A stretch of DNA of 64,000 nucleotides from Octopus sinensis. Lineage: Eukaryota. The stretch spans positions 22,816,001 through 22,880,000 of the forward strand of contig NC_043000.1 of assembly GCF_006345805.1 (NCBI RefSeq), written 5' to 3'. Below the pieces are notes generated by a model that saw only the letters and a list, made by a program, of their open reading frames with translations, searched no databases and had not been told where the DNA came from. The position numbers and the translations under genes are program-made. Below, piece by piece: positions 1 through 13,816 of the stretch (its first letter is position 1; every line of letters starts with the position of its first letter).

Positions 1-58
1 AAGGCGGTGCCCCAGTATGACCGCAGTCCAATGACTGCAACAAGTGAAAGATAATAAG
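1..58 (+). mobile_element. SINE-A 3' end (copy starts before the window)
   Basis: aaggcggtgccccagtatgaccgcagtc..atgactgcaacaagtgaaag matches the 3' end of the full SINE-A copies in this window. Confidence 0.8.
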
Positions 59-100
59 ATATCTGTACTTCCTGGAATGTGTATACTCTTTACTCTCTGT

Positions 101-467
101 TACTCTTTTGCTTGTTTCAGTCACTTGACTGCGGCCATACTGGAGCCTTGCCTTTTAGTCGAAGAAATCGACCCCAGGGTTTATTCTTTGTAAGCCTAGT
201 ACTTATCCTATCGGTATCTTTTACTGAACCACTAAGTTTCGGGGACATAAACACACCACCATCGGTTGTCAGGCGATGTTGGGGGGACAAACACACACAT
301 ATACATATACACGATGGGCTTCTTTCAGTTTCCGCCTACCAAATCCACTCACAAGGCTTTGGTCGGCCCGAGGCTATAATAGAAGGCACTTGCTCAAGGT
401 GCCACGTAGTGGGACTGAACTCGGAACCATGTTGTTGGTAAGCAAACTACTTACTACACAGCCACTC
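101..467 (-). mobile_element. SINE-A, tRNA-derived, with internal (TA/TG)n
   Basis: Reverse complement of the family consensus (head gagtggctgtgtggtaag...ggttcagtcccactgcgtggcaccttgggcaagtg; tail ggcggtgctccagcatggccgcagtcaaatgactgaaacaag) seen in more than 10 copies here. Confidence 0.9.
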
Positions 468-599
468 GTGTGTTTAATGATAACGTGGTCGCGTGTATTG
501 AAGACACACGTGATTAGGGTAATTCTCCCTGCTAAATAGTTTTGCGAGTTTTCCACTTTAAATGCAGCATCTTAGTTTTGTCATGTTTTACAACAGTAA

Positions 600-1260
600 C
601 AGGTCGTCTATCTCTCCTTGGTGATAAACATCTAGTTCAACAATGAAGGCTCTATAAAACATTTCTAGTTACGCGATAACTTCTCCGCCATTTCCTCTAG
701 CGATATAACACAGCGTGTTTCAGGTTTTGGCTGATGTATCTTGAATTTTGTCATCAGTGTTCTTGTTTGTGAGCCTAACCTTTGGATCTTTCGAAACTTT
801 CAGTTTATTACACTGAAGCAATATCTTACAGCTGCAAGGATTATACCATGTTTATTGTTTCCCTCTTATGTGTGGAGTTAAGATTCATTATGGATAATCT
901 TACAATGTGTTAAATCCGTCACTATGGAATGTTTGTATTTGTTTAGCTTCATTGATTTCAAGACTTTTATAACACTTCTTTTGTTCGTAATTCTTAGTTG
1001 ATTTTGTCAGAGTTCAGTGACTTGGTTAGGTTGCCTCCATTAAAGATGTCCTCGGGGAATTTGTCATTAATGTCAGAACTCAAATGATTTAACAGTTTGG
1101 ATGGTATTTTTCATTTGTGTCTCTGAACTAGCATGCAGTCAACTGTTAGCTGTTATTCATACGGAGCAAAGGAAAAGTGTTGATCCTCTCCAACTTTTAT
1201 CAACTTCTGGTTTAATTTATGGCAAACGATGAGACAAATATCAGGTAGAACTGAAGAGAT
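600..1260 (-). pseudogene. Heavily decayed Penelope-like element 3' region (GIY-YIG-like remnant plus CTGATGA remnant)
   Basis: Minus-strand fragments such as CYKSLEINEAKQIQTF and HIVRLS..N, then CTGATGA...GAAAC at ~700-760; many stops and frameshifts. Confidence 0.3.
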
Positions 1261-2587
1261 GGCGGGGACAATCCTCTTAATATGTTAAATTTTATGTAAA
1301 TCGTGTCTATTTGTGAAATAAATTATTGATTTTTGTGAACTAAAGTGGGAGCTATTATCTATATATATAAAACAAAGGATGGCTGTGTGTGTATGTGTGT
1401 GCGTGCGTGTGTATGTGTGTGTAGTGCGTATGCATTTCTACAGTTTTCAACCGATTTTCACCAAACGTTACACACACACATTACTTATGTGCCGAGGATG
1501 GTCATGCACTATAGCATTTTGCCCAGAGCTCCCGCGTAAAGCGAGAAACCGGGAAAAACGGTGTTTTACACGACGGGTCTTTCTCCAAAAACCTCTGTAG
1601 TTTTCAACCAACTCTCACTATTTTCTCTCTCTGTTTATTTCCCTTTTCGCTCTCTTTTGCTCATTCTCTGTTTCTCTTACTTACACATATTCTCTCTCAC
1701 CCTCTGCAATAGTTCATCTCCTTTAGTCTATGTCTGTTTCTTTCACTCTCTATCCCTATCTCTTTCATTCACATAGTCTACAAACTTTTGTCTACAAATT
1801 CTCTTCCGTTTATTTTAATTAGTCGTGCGTAAAAACCTCAGTTGTTACGATTTTTGTACGTTCTCCTTGAAAAATTATTTAGTTATTTTTAATTTTTGTT
1901 CACCCAGTGTGTTTAAATTCAGTTTTGCCACAACTACCTAAAAATTGATTTCAGTGTATTTCAATTTTGTTGTGCGTTAATATTTTTGTTTTTACGGTAT
2001 TTGTACGTCCTCCCTACAACATTACTTATTTAAATTTTTTTTTCACACCATCTATTTAAATTTACTATTTACATTTTTCCTTCTATCGAAAAATGTTGTG
2101 CATGCGTACGTATGACCGCTATGGGCCATATACAACCGTTAAGCATTTATTACTAACCAATGGGATTTCAACCACGCCGCTGAGCGGTCATGCGTTAGAA
2201 AAAGCTATCCTAAAGTGGCTCCAGTTTTTTTACTCGAGCTATTTTCTTCTAGAAACGGGGTTTGTAAGTTTTGTCTACAAATTGACTTCCTTGTCTATAT
2301 GTATACAATTCTTTGTCTATCTGTTTGTTCCCTATGCATTCTCAAACGGCTCGACCAAATCAAATCAAATTTTACAAGGTAATAGTATCAGACGCCGTGA
2401 GTGTCAACATGTAATTTTTTTCATTTGGATTAAAACAATATAACATTGGCACTGGTTCGGTATTACGTGTCAAAATTTAAAGAATAAGATCTATATCGTA
2501 ATGCCATATAATATTATATCACTATTATTCTTTCACTTTTAATTCTACTGTGATAAATAAATGAATAATTTATATCCTAATGTGAAC

Positions 2588-2950
2588 AGGTGCAGGAGTG
2601 GCTGTGTGGTAAGTAGCTTGCTTACTAACCACATGGTTCTGGGTTCAGTCCCACTGCGTGGTAGTGTCTTCTACTATAGCCTCGGGCCGACCAAAGCCTT
2701 GTGAGTGGATTTGGTAGACGAAAACTGAAAGAATCTCGTCGTATATATGTATATATTTATAAATATGTGTGTGTATATGTCGTGTATCCTCCCAACATCG
2801 TTTGACAACTGGTGTGATTTAGCGGTTCGGCAAAAGAGACCGATAGAATAAGTACTTACAAAGAATAAGTCCTGGGGTCGATTTGATTCGACTAAAGGCG
2901 GTGCTCCAGCATGGTCGCAGTCAAATGACTGAAACAAATAAAAGAAAAGA
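2588..2950 (+). mobile_element. SINE-A, internally deleted
   Basis: Family head and tail present; short deletion after cccactgcgtgg. Confidence 0.9.
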
Positions 2951-3171
2951 AAACATTACGCATCGGCAACTTCCCGTCTTTACGGCCACCACAGCAGAAT
3001 GGTGTGTCAGTGTATGTGCGTTGACTGACATAACGAACGGCTGGAGGGGAAACTCATGACAAAAAGCAATGAGGTGGCAGGTCCAAGGTATATAAAAATA
3101 CACATTTACCGTTCAGTTACCAGTTCATAATTATCGCAGCAGTTGCAAGGATGCAAGGTATTTACAATTAC

Positions 3172-3440
3172 TGGAGTCTCAATAGAGAAGGGAGATGAGA
3201 CTTTCCCAAGATCAGCAAAGGCATGGTGCAACACGTCAGATGGAGGCTCAATACAGAAGGGAGATGAGACTCACAAGATCAGCAAATGCATGCTGCGGCA
3301 CGTTAAATGGAGTCTCAAGAGGGAACGGAGACGAGACTTTCCCAACATCAGCAAAGTCATGCCGCTTCACATCAAATGGAGCCTCAAGACAGAAACGAAA
3401 TGAGAATTTCTCAAGATCAGCAAAGGCCTTCACATACCCT
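3172..3440 (+). repeat. Degenerate ~69-bp tandem repeat, ~4 units
   Basis: Unit tggagtctcaa..gaagggagatgagactttcccaagatcagcaaaggcatg recurs at ~3172, 3241, 3308, 3377. Confidence 0.85.
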
Positions 3441-3769
3441 CACCCCAAAGGATATGTTGGCAAGTTAGGACCTAGAATACTCCAAACGGACGCATGACAT
3501 GTCGCTTAGTCGAAGTAGCCCATTATTTACTCCACAAATGTTTTGTTGTCGACGCTGCACTTTCTCGTATCACCTGTTTCAACATAACTGTAATATATAT
3601 ACAAACTATGCCATTTTAATCCCGAACAACACCGGGTATCTCTACTAGTGATTTAATAATAAAGATGTTCGTTGAGGCATAACAGTTTCCAAGATTTCTA
3701 TAATCAGAAATACAGTCCTCCATTGATTCGAAGATCAATGACTGCCGTATACAATTGGATACTATTTTT

Positions 3770-4122
3770 GTAAGGCTTCTAGAGGTGGAGTGGAAATATT
3801 GGTGAAGTAATTCGAGAACGCAATGGAGTGGACGACGTGATCGCAGAATGCCGAAAGGATATGTTCCACTGAACCAGACACGTCACAAGACTAACAAACA
3901 ACAGATGGACCCATGCAGTTGTCGATTAATATTCAAGAAATCGGAAGACACCACACGGAAGACCAGACCTCCAAGACAAGGGGAAGATGACTCAGTCAAA
4001 TAATTCTGCCCCAAATGGAAGAGAAGTGTACAATAGGAGGAAGAATGGAAATGTGTCGTGACATCTGATCGTCTGGTCGAAAAAAAAAAGGACATCTGAT
4101 CGTCTGGTCGAAAAAAAAAAAG
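3770..4122 (+). mobile_element. RTE-like LINE 3' fragment (decayed)
   Basis: Reads IRERNGVDDVI..HVTRLTNNRWTHAVVD..RNRKTPHGRP, the RTE C-terminal GHV..W..GRP pattern; ends in a duplicated gacatctgatcgtctggtcg(A)n. Confidence 0.65.
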
Positions 4123-4591
4123 ACAGAGAGGAATAAGGAAAAAGTTTTTAAATTCGTTTGTTCATCATATTTCTCAAGAGTGAAATTTTAATACAGAAGC
4201 GACCTCACATAAAGACCTTTCGCAATATATAAAAAAAGTCAAGACTTTTCGAATTCGTGATAAAACCAGACACGAGTATTGATAGAGAAAGCTTGAGTGA
4301 ATGAATATTGATAGCTGTACAGTAAATTAATGCTACAAGCATATATGAGTGTTAATGGAGAAACTATGTAGAATACATACATACATACATACATACATAC
4401 ATACATACTACATACATACGTACACACATACAGTCATACATACATACACACAGACAGACATAGAGATATAAAGACATACATATATTCTCTCTCCTTCCCC
4501 CGTTCTCTGAATATACATACAGTTTATATATATCTTTTATATATCTTTTATATATATCTTTTATATATATCTTTTATATATCTTTTATATA

Positions 4592-4800
4592 TTTTTTTAC
4601 TTGTTTCAGTCATTAGATTGCGACCATGCTGGGGCATCACCTTGAAGAATTTTAGTCGAACGAATCGACCTCAGGACTTATTTTTTTTAAAGCTTGGTTC
4701 TTATTCCATCGGTCTCTTTCGTCAACCCGCTAAGTTACGGGGGATATAAGGACACCAATACCGTTATCGTTAGGGGTGGCAGGAGACAAGAACAGACATG
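4592..4800 (-). mobile_element. SINE-A-related 3' half, diverged
   Basis: cttgtttcagtcat..gaccatgctggggcatcacc..cgctaagttacgggg. Confidence 0.75.
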
Positions 4801-4812
4801 AACACAGAGATT

Positions 4813-4984
<172 letters not shown>

Positions 4985-5008
4985 GTATGTATGTATATAT
5001 ATGTACTT

Positions 5009-5410
5009 GATGGCTGAGTGGTAAGTAGCCTGCTTACCAACCACATGGTTCCGGGTTCAGTCCCACTGCGTGGTACCTTCGGCGAGTGTCTTCTACTATA
5101 GCCTCGGGCCGGCCAAAGCATTGTGAGTAGATTTGGTAGACGGAAGCTAAAAGAAGACCGTCGTATATATAAATGTGTGTGTGTGTGTGTGTGTATGTTT
5201 GTGTGTTTGTATGTTTGTCCCCCAACCATCGCTTGACAACCGATGTTGGTGTCTTTAAGTCCCCGTAACTTAGCGGTTCAGCAAAAAAGAGGTCGATAGA
5301 ATAAGTACTATGCTTACAAAGAATAAGTCCTGGGTTCGATTTGTTCGACTAAAGGCGGTGCTCCAGCATGGCCGCAGTGAAATGACTGAAACAAATAAAA
5401 GAATAAAAGA
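5009..5410 (+). mobile_element. SINE-A
   Basis: Full family consensus following a (TA)n tract. Confidence 0.9.
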
Positions 5411-5529
5411 ATATATACATATAAAAAATTGCAGCGTGGAAGGTGTTTATAAGTCATTTAAAAACACACAAAAAACCGTTAAATTTACTTCAGCATTTAA
5501 ATTTAATTTATCAAAATATTTTCGTCGAT

Positions 5530-8500
5530 TTTCGTTTTATCATAGTTCGTTGCTGTTCTGTTTTTAGTTTGGATTTCATTTGTTTTATAGCTTTTGTTGT
5601 TTCTTCATCTTCTTCTTCTTCTTCATATTTATTAGGTGGTATGATTTCTTGTTTGTATTTGTCAGCTTCCTTAAATACTGAGAACAGTTTTTTGTTTTGC
5701 TCGTGTTTTGCCGCTATTTGTATCAGTTTTCCTTCCTTCTGAAGTAGATATTTTTGCAGTCCTATGGTGGTTATTTTATAGTAGTTTTCCAGCTGTATAA
5801 GGCCTCTACCACCTTCTATACGTTGTATATATAGTCTTTCTATGTCAGATTTTCGGTGATGCATCCTAGATCCTGTCATTATTTTTCTTGTTTTCCTATC
5901 TATTTTGGTCAGTTCATTTAGTGTCCAGTTAAGGATATTGTAGCTGTAACTTATAACTGGGACAGCTAAAGTGTTAATACCTATTATCTTGTTTTTAGCA
6001 TTGAGCTCTGTTTTTAGTATTGATTTAACTCGTCTATAATATTTTTTAAATTTTCTCTTTCATTTGTGTGTGTTGTGTCTTATCTAGTTCATGGATTCCT
6101 AAGTATTTGTAAGTTTGGCTTTGGTCTAATTCTTTTATTTCATTGGTTTTATCTAGTGTGATGTTGCTACTCTTAACTAGTTTTCCTCTTTTCAGGGTTA
6201 CTTTAGCGCATTTTTCTAATCCAAATTTCATATCTATTTCTTTGGTAAATCCATGAACTGTTTTTAATAGTGTTTCCAGCTGTTTGTCATTTGCAGCGTA
6301 TAGTTTTAGGTCATCCATATATAAAAGGTGGCTGATCGTTTTGCCGTAACATTTATATCCGCATCCAGTTCTATTTAGCATATCAGATAGAGGTGACAGT
6401 GCCAAGCAGAAAAGGAGTGGAGAGAGCGTGTCTCCCTGGAATATTATTCTTCTAATGGGGATGGCTTTGGTTTTCATGAGTCCCTCTTTTGTTTGGAGCT
6501 GTAGCACTGTTTGCCATTTATTCATAGAGTGCCCTATGAATTTTATAATTGTTGGTGCTACTTTGTTAATGGCTAGTGTTTCGAGGATCCATGTGTGGGG
6601 GATGCTATCAAACGCCTTTTTGTAGTCGATCCAGGCCATACTGAGGCCTTTCTTCTTTCTGTGGCTGTCTTCAGTTATGGCTTTATTAATCATTAGTTGA
6701 TCTTTACAGCCATATGAGCCTTTGCGGCATCCTTTCTGCTCTTCTGGAAACAGGTTGTTTTCGTCCAGGTGCTTGTTCAACCTTTGCGATATCACTGCAG
6801 TAAATGCCTTGTACATTGTAGGGAGACAGGTTATTAGTCTGTAGTTTTCTGGTTTTGCTGTCTCATTTGATTTGGGAATTAAGATGAGCCATTCAGGCAT
6901 TGTCTCTGGCTCTGCTAGTATGTTGTTAAAGTTTTCAGTCAGCTTTTTGTGCATTCCTGTTTGATATTTCAACCAGAAGTTGGGGATCTTGTCATGCCCA
7001 GGTGCCTTCCAGTTGCTTAGTCTTCGCAGTGCCTGGGTGACCTCTTCAGTTATTATGGGGGTCCAAAGTTGCTCAGATGCTGAGTTTGTTGTTTTGATAC
7101 TCCTTTTTTTTTTGTTGTTCGTTCGCCGACCATATTTCTCTCCAGAATTTTTCCACTTCTTCTGTCGTTGGTGCTGCAGTGATTTCTATTTTATTTTTGC
7201 CAAGTTCTTGGTAGAACTTTTTGGGGTTGGAGTTGAACTTTCTGTTTTGTTCAAAGAAGCGCTGGCGTTTCTCGTACCGGCGGATCCTTTGTGCTTTGGC
7301 AAGAATATCTTGCTTCAGCTTTTCTTTTATCTCAGGTAAATCTTTTTCTGTGATGTTATATTTGCGGAGTATTTTTGTTTTCTTTTTGTTGCTCAGTAGC
7401 GTTGATTGTCTACTGATTTCATTAAGAATCGACAGATCTTTTCTCATTTTTTGTATTTTGTTTTGGATGTTATTTATCCACAGGGTTTGTTTGGGTGGTG
7501 GTACTCCTGTTTGGATGGGTTTGAGTGAGTATCCAGCTTCTTTTGTGGCTGCAGTGGCTGCTGCGTATACTAAGTCATTTAGATTAGTGATATCGCTTTT
7601 TGTTTCAGTGGCTATTAGTTCCGTGACGGCTAGGTTTATGCTGTTTATAATTGGTGTTGTTGTTTCGTCTATCTTGATTTTTGGGAGGTATGGTCGGTGG
7701 TCCATTTTGAGCTCTGTGGTTTTCAGTTCTTTGATTATTTTACTTTTTATATTATCATAATCATTAGGCTCCCCTTCGTTGTTTCCAGGTTTTAGATTTG
7801 TGTCGCTTTCTTTCTTATTTATATGTTTGTTTGCCGTGTTTTGGCTTGCTGTTTGTCGTGTATTATTATGCATCCTTACGGTCTGGGTTTGTTGTGTTTT
7901 GTTTACATCGTGTTTGTTGGGAATGTTACGTTTGTCTTCGTGTTTTACTGTTTCAGTGTTTATATTATTGGGCATTGTTGTGTGGCTTCTATCTACATTT
8001 TCCTGGTGTATTTTTTCTTTTAGATGTTCTATTTCTATTTCTGATATTTTTTTTGCGTTGAGAATGTATCTGCGTACGTTAGCTATTTTATTAGGGTTCA
8101 TTGCTGTATCCAAGTCTATATTTATGTTATTTTCCTTCCATATTTTATATGTATGTGTTGTTGTGTTTTTATTTTTTGGGTTGAGCACTGCTGTGAAGTA
8201 TGCGTGTCCATTTATGTCTTTTGGGTTTTATTTGCGGGACATGAGGAACAACGTCCGGCCCATTATTTTGACGGTCGTCATTTTCGTAGGGTACCGGTTC
8301 GTTCATTTCTGTTGTCACATTGTTTTGCACGTGTAGTTTTTCGTACATTTTGTGTTGTAAGTTTAAAGTACGTACCTCCCGATTGTTATTCTTGGGTTGA
8401 ATAATATCGGTAGTATTTAATTTCTTCGTAGTTCCTTTGTACATGGTGTTTGGGGTCGGGGATGATCTGGTGTTGATGGATCGTAATGTTTCACGCATGT

Positions 8501-8720
8501 TTACATGTGTTGTGTCAGATGTGGAGATGATATCGAGTCAAAATACATCATTTCGTTTCGAAAATAGTAATAAATTTCAATGAGTATTACATACTCGGAT
8601 ACAGTCCAATCCTTTGTTAGTAAATCTTTGGCACCATACGATGTCCTTGTTTTCGATGTTTGTGGATAGATTTCGGAGCTCTGTTTTATCGTTCTTACAT
8701 CTTAAACGTCCCCCGGTGTA
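5530..8720 (-). mobile_element. R4/Dong-clade non-LTR retrotransposon, 5' end present, C-terminal RLE missing, frameshifted
   Basis: Collinear minus-strand frames: KRHKWTR (8169-8498); LNDLVYAAA..RIRRYEKR..FYQEL..FWREIW (7073-8188); RT with WKAPG, YRLITCL, QKGC, WIDYKKAFDS, FQGDTLSPLLF, LLYMDDLKL, YKYLG (6046-6972); RLYIQRIEGGRGL (5511-5879). Confidence 0.92.
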
Positions 8721-8721
8721 T

Positions 8722-8942
<221 letters not shown>

Positions 8943-8944
8943 TA

Positions 8945-9328
8945 GTTTCTCTTCATTATAACTTTGTTTCAGCTGCCTTAGTATTGGTTATCCTCCGGAG
9001 GCAAAGTGTAACAGCGGCACTTTTATCTTGCTATGCATGCTAAAATTATCACCACATTTATTCCTTTTTTTTTTTTTAGATGGAAAGTGCTTTCTGTTGT
9101 ATATGGGCTGAAGACATCAAGGTTATCTTTTGCAGTTCACAGAGATTGGAGTTACCAGGGAGTTGCTTAATATACTTCTCAGCTTCCTCTTTATCATTCT
9201 CAACGCACCAATCACTACTGGTATTATCATAGTACTAAGCTTCCACATTTTTGTGATTTTAATTTTCAGATCTTTAGAGTGAGAAAGCTTTTCGCGTTCA
9301 TTTTTTGAGACATTTTGATCTTGTTGTA
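8945..9328 (-). mobile_element. 5'-truncated R4/Dong 3' end (RLE C-terminus plus UTR)
   Basis: Minus strand reads EREKLSHSKDLKIKITKMWKLSTMIIPVVIGAL..LQKITLMSSAHIQQKALSI*, homologous to the end of the 13832-14359 ORF. Confidence 0.8.
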
Positions 9329-9329
9329 G

Positions 9330-10240
<911 letters not shown>

Positions 10241-10419
10241 AAAAAAAACTAAAATTATTTTTTCCTTTCTTGCCTTTTCACCGTTGCAGAAAAATAAATT
10301 TTTCTATACTGGAGAAAACTTAAACCTGAAAAGATCTCAAGTAATTGGAAAGAAAGAAACGAAGATGTCTTTTAGATTGAAACAGCCATCGCCGCCACCG
10401 CAGCAGCCCTCTGTCAATG

Positions 10420-10570
<151 letters not shown>

Positions 10571-10687
10571 AAATAGACTCGCACACAGCCATACACACCT
10601 ATATAAACATAACATTAGCTCATTTATTCGTCGAATATATTTCATTAAAATTTATGATTTCCAACAATCGGCTCCGAATGCAAAATG

Positions 10688-10729
<42 letters not shown>

Positions 10730-11373
10730 CAGTGTGTAAGTGTGTGTATGTGCACGTGTGTGTGTGCATGTGTGTGTTTGTATCTGTGTGTAAATGTGTG
10801 TGTGTATATATGTGTGTGTGTGTATAAGTGTGTGCATGTGTGTGCATATGTGTGTGTGTAAGTGTGTGTGTGCATGTATGTATGTGTGCATGAATGTGTG
10901 TGTGTGCATATATCTATAGTCTAGAAAAAATATAAAAAACAAAAGCGAAACAAAAGCGAACGACAGTAAGTTCTAAAAAGATTGATATCACACACACGCA
11001 CACACACTCACACACACACACACTCCCACACACACACTCCCACACACACACTCACACACACACACACAAACTCACACACACACATATATAGTGGGCTTCT
11101 TTTCAATTTCTATCTACAAAATGTTTGTGTGCGTGTATTTGTATCTGCGTGTATGTATGTCTGTGTGTGTGTACGTGTGTGAGTATCTGTATATGTGTAT
11201 GCACACATGCATACACACATGCATACACACATACAGATACACACGCATACGCACATACACATACACACATACACACACAGAAACATGTTGAAATTAAATT
11301 ATCAGAAACCCAGCGGTGACCGTCCCATTTTATTTTTCAGGCGGTCTATATGCAAAATCTCACAATCAAATGT

Positions 11374-11690
11374 GGAGGAGTAATGGCCCAGTGGTTAGGG
11401 CAGCAGACTCGCGGTCGTAGGATCACGGTTTCGATTCCCAGACCGGGCATTGTGAGTGTTTATTGAGCGAAAACGCCTAAAGCTCCACGACGCTCCGGCA
11501 AGGAGTGGTGGCGAACCCTGCTGTACTCTTTCACCGCAACTTTCTCTCACTCATACTTCCTGTTTCTGTTGTACTTGTATTTCAAATGGCCAGCCTTGTC
11601 ACACTCTGTGTCACGCTGGATTTCCCCGAGAACTACGTTAAGTGTACACATGTCTGTGGAGTGCTCAGCCATTTGCACGTTAATAAATGA
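11374..11690 (+). mobile_element. SINE-C (tRNA-like head, possibly octopus OR-type), 3' end replaced
   Basis: Head ggcccagtggttagggcag..ggtttcgattcccagacc; body shared with 24861, 60172, 61648. Confidence 0.85.
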
Positions 11691-11884
11691 GCTGCGACGT
11701 CACAGGTGCCAAGCTGTATCGGCCTTTGCTTTTCCTTGGATAACATCGGTGGCGTGGAGATGGGAGGCTGGTATGCGTGGGCGACTGCTGGTCTTCCATA
11801 ATCAACCTTTCCCAGACTTGTGCCTAGGAGGGTAACTTTCTTGGTGCAATCCCATGGTGATTTATGACCAAAGGGGGTCACAAG

Positions 11885-13747
11885 TTAGAGGAACGCGTGA
11901 TCTATTATAGACAAAGCAGTTCTAAATGAAATAAATGCTAGAAGGAAAAATCTAACAATAGCATGGATAGATTATAAGAAAGCCTATGACATGAGCCCAC
12001 ACTCATGGATAAAATAATGTTTGAGTGTATTCACTATAGCAGACAACATAAGAGAACTAAACAGCTTTAGCATGAAGAAATGGAAAGCAGATCTCTACTC
12101 AGGTGACACTCTTAGGGAAGTTAATATCGAAAGAGGAATTTTCCAGGGGGTACTCGTTGTCCCCTTTAATATTTGTCTTATGTTTGGTCCCCTTCAGTTT
12201 AGTATTAAGGAAGGCAAAGGTAGGATATCAGTTCAGAAATAGTAAGTGAAAAATTAACCATTTGCTCTATATGGATGATCTGAAGCTTTTTAGTAAGAAG
12301 ATAAATTTCTTAATACAGACCGTAAGACTCTTCAGCAAAGATATAGGCATGGAATTTCGTATAAATATTAGTCATGAACATGGGACAGGTAGTCAACATC
12401 AAAGCCACTCAGTTACCAGATGGTCAGACGTTAAAATCATTGAAAGAAGGAGAGATTATAAATATCTAGGAGTATTAGAATCTGACAGAGTGCTAATTAT
12501 AGAAATGAAAACGAAAATTGAGGAGTACATCAAAAGGGTGAGAAAGCTAATGAAGTCAAAGCTAAATGGTTCGAATCTAGTGAAGACTGTAAATACTTGG
12601 GCTGTATCATTACTTAGATAACCAGCAGCTTTTGTAAATTGGACAAAAACTGTACTAACAAAACTAGACAGCAAAACTAGGAATTAATTCAATATGAATG
12701 GAGGACTCCACCCAAGGATAGGAATAGCAGGATTATACTTATATAGAAAGGAAGGTGGAAGAGGATTAATATCAGTAGAAGACTGCGTGGAGTTAGATAG
12801 AATAGATATAGACTCCTATGTAGGTAATAGTGAAGAAAGTTTATTAAGAGCAGCTAGAGTCACAGCAAGACATTAGGAAACCAAAAAGCCAAACGAAGTT
12901 AAGAATAGAAAAAAGAAAAGTTATCTGACTGGTAGAAAGCTTTGCATGGTAGATTCCCAAAGATAGTTTCAGCAAATAGTGGTAATGAGATGTGGGTATG
13001 GTTGCAGAAAGAAAGCTGAAAAGGGTGACAGAAAGTTTGCTAGTAGCAGCACAAGATCAAGCATTAAGGACTAATTAGATTACCGCCAAGATAGGCGAAA
13101 ACCAAGTAGATTCCCAATGTAGGTTATGTAACTCAAAAGTGGAAAGTGTTACTCATATAGTAAGTGAATGTAGCATGCTGGCACAAAAAGAATACAAGAA
13201 ATGACGTGACAACCTAGGGAGAGTAATCTACTGGAAGTTATGTAGAAAGCTAGGATTTGACCATACTGATAAATGGTATGAACATGAACCTAGTAAAGTA
13301 TTAGGCAGTAAGAAATATAAGTTGTTGTAGGACTTTAACATTCAGACTGACAGAGTAATACAAGCTAGAAAATCTGATTTAGTAGTAGTAGATAAAGAGA
13401 ATAGAAAGTGCCAGAAAATTGACACTACAGTCCCAAATGATGAAAAAAAGTCAATATGTGAGGTATATAAAAATTAGCAAAGTACCAGGACATAGGCATT
13501 GAATTACAGAAACTATGGAAAGTGCGGATAAAATGTATCCTAGTTGTTATAGGTGCATTGGGAACTATCTCTAAAGATTTGAACAGATGAATAGAGGAAG
13601 CAGGCATAAAACCCAGTTTAGTAAATTTCCAGAAAATTATTATTAAGAACAGCTAGGATATTTAGGAGGTTTCTTGGCATCTAAGGTTATTTGTTGCTCG
13701 ATGTTAGGAATTCTTATTTTTCAACAGCCTAATCTGTTGTGTGTATA

Positions 13748-13749
<2 letters not shown>
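11885..13749 (+). mobile_element. R4/Dong-clade LINE, 5'-truncated, decayed (RT, CCHC, RLE)
   Basis: AWIDYKKAYD, LLYMDDLKL (~12262), YKYLG, RLYLYRKEGGRGL, AAQDQALRT, CRLC..HIVSEC, DFNIQTD, VVIGALG; followed by (TAA)n. Confidence 0.88.

Positions 13750-13816
<67 letters not shown>
13750..13816. repeat. (TAA)n between two Dong elements
   Basis: Seen directly. Confidence 0.95.

Larger units (their letters stand above)
1358..3648 (+). mobile_element. Non-autonomous Helitron
   Basis: 5' A|TCTATATATATAAAA followed by (GT)n; 3' hairpin cccgaacaacaccggg followed by CTAG|T at 3645-3649; A/T target with no TSD. Joining the two ends into one element is inferred. Confidence 0.65.

Noticed and set aside
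8500-8720. HDV-like ribozyme in the Dong 5' UTR
   Set aside because: I could not find P1/P3 pairings by eye; a covariance-model search is needed.
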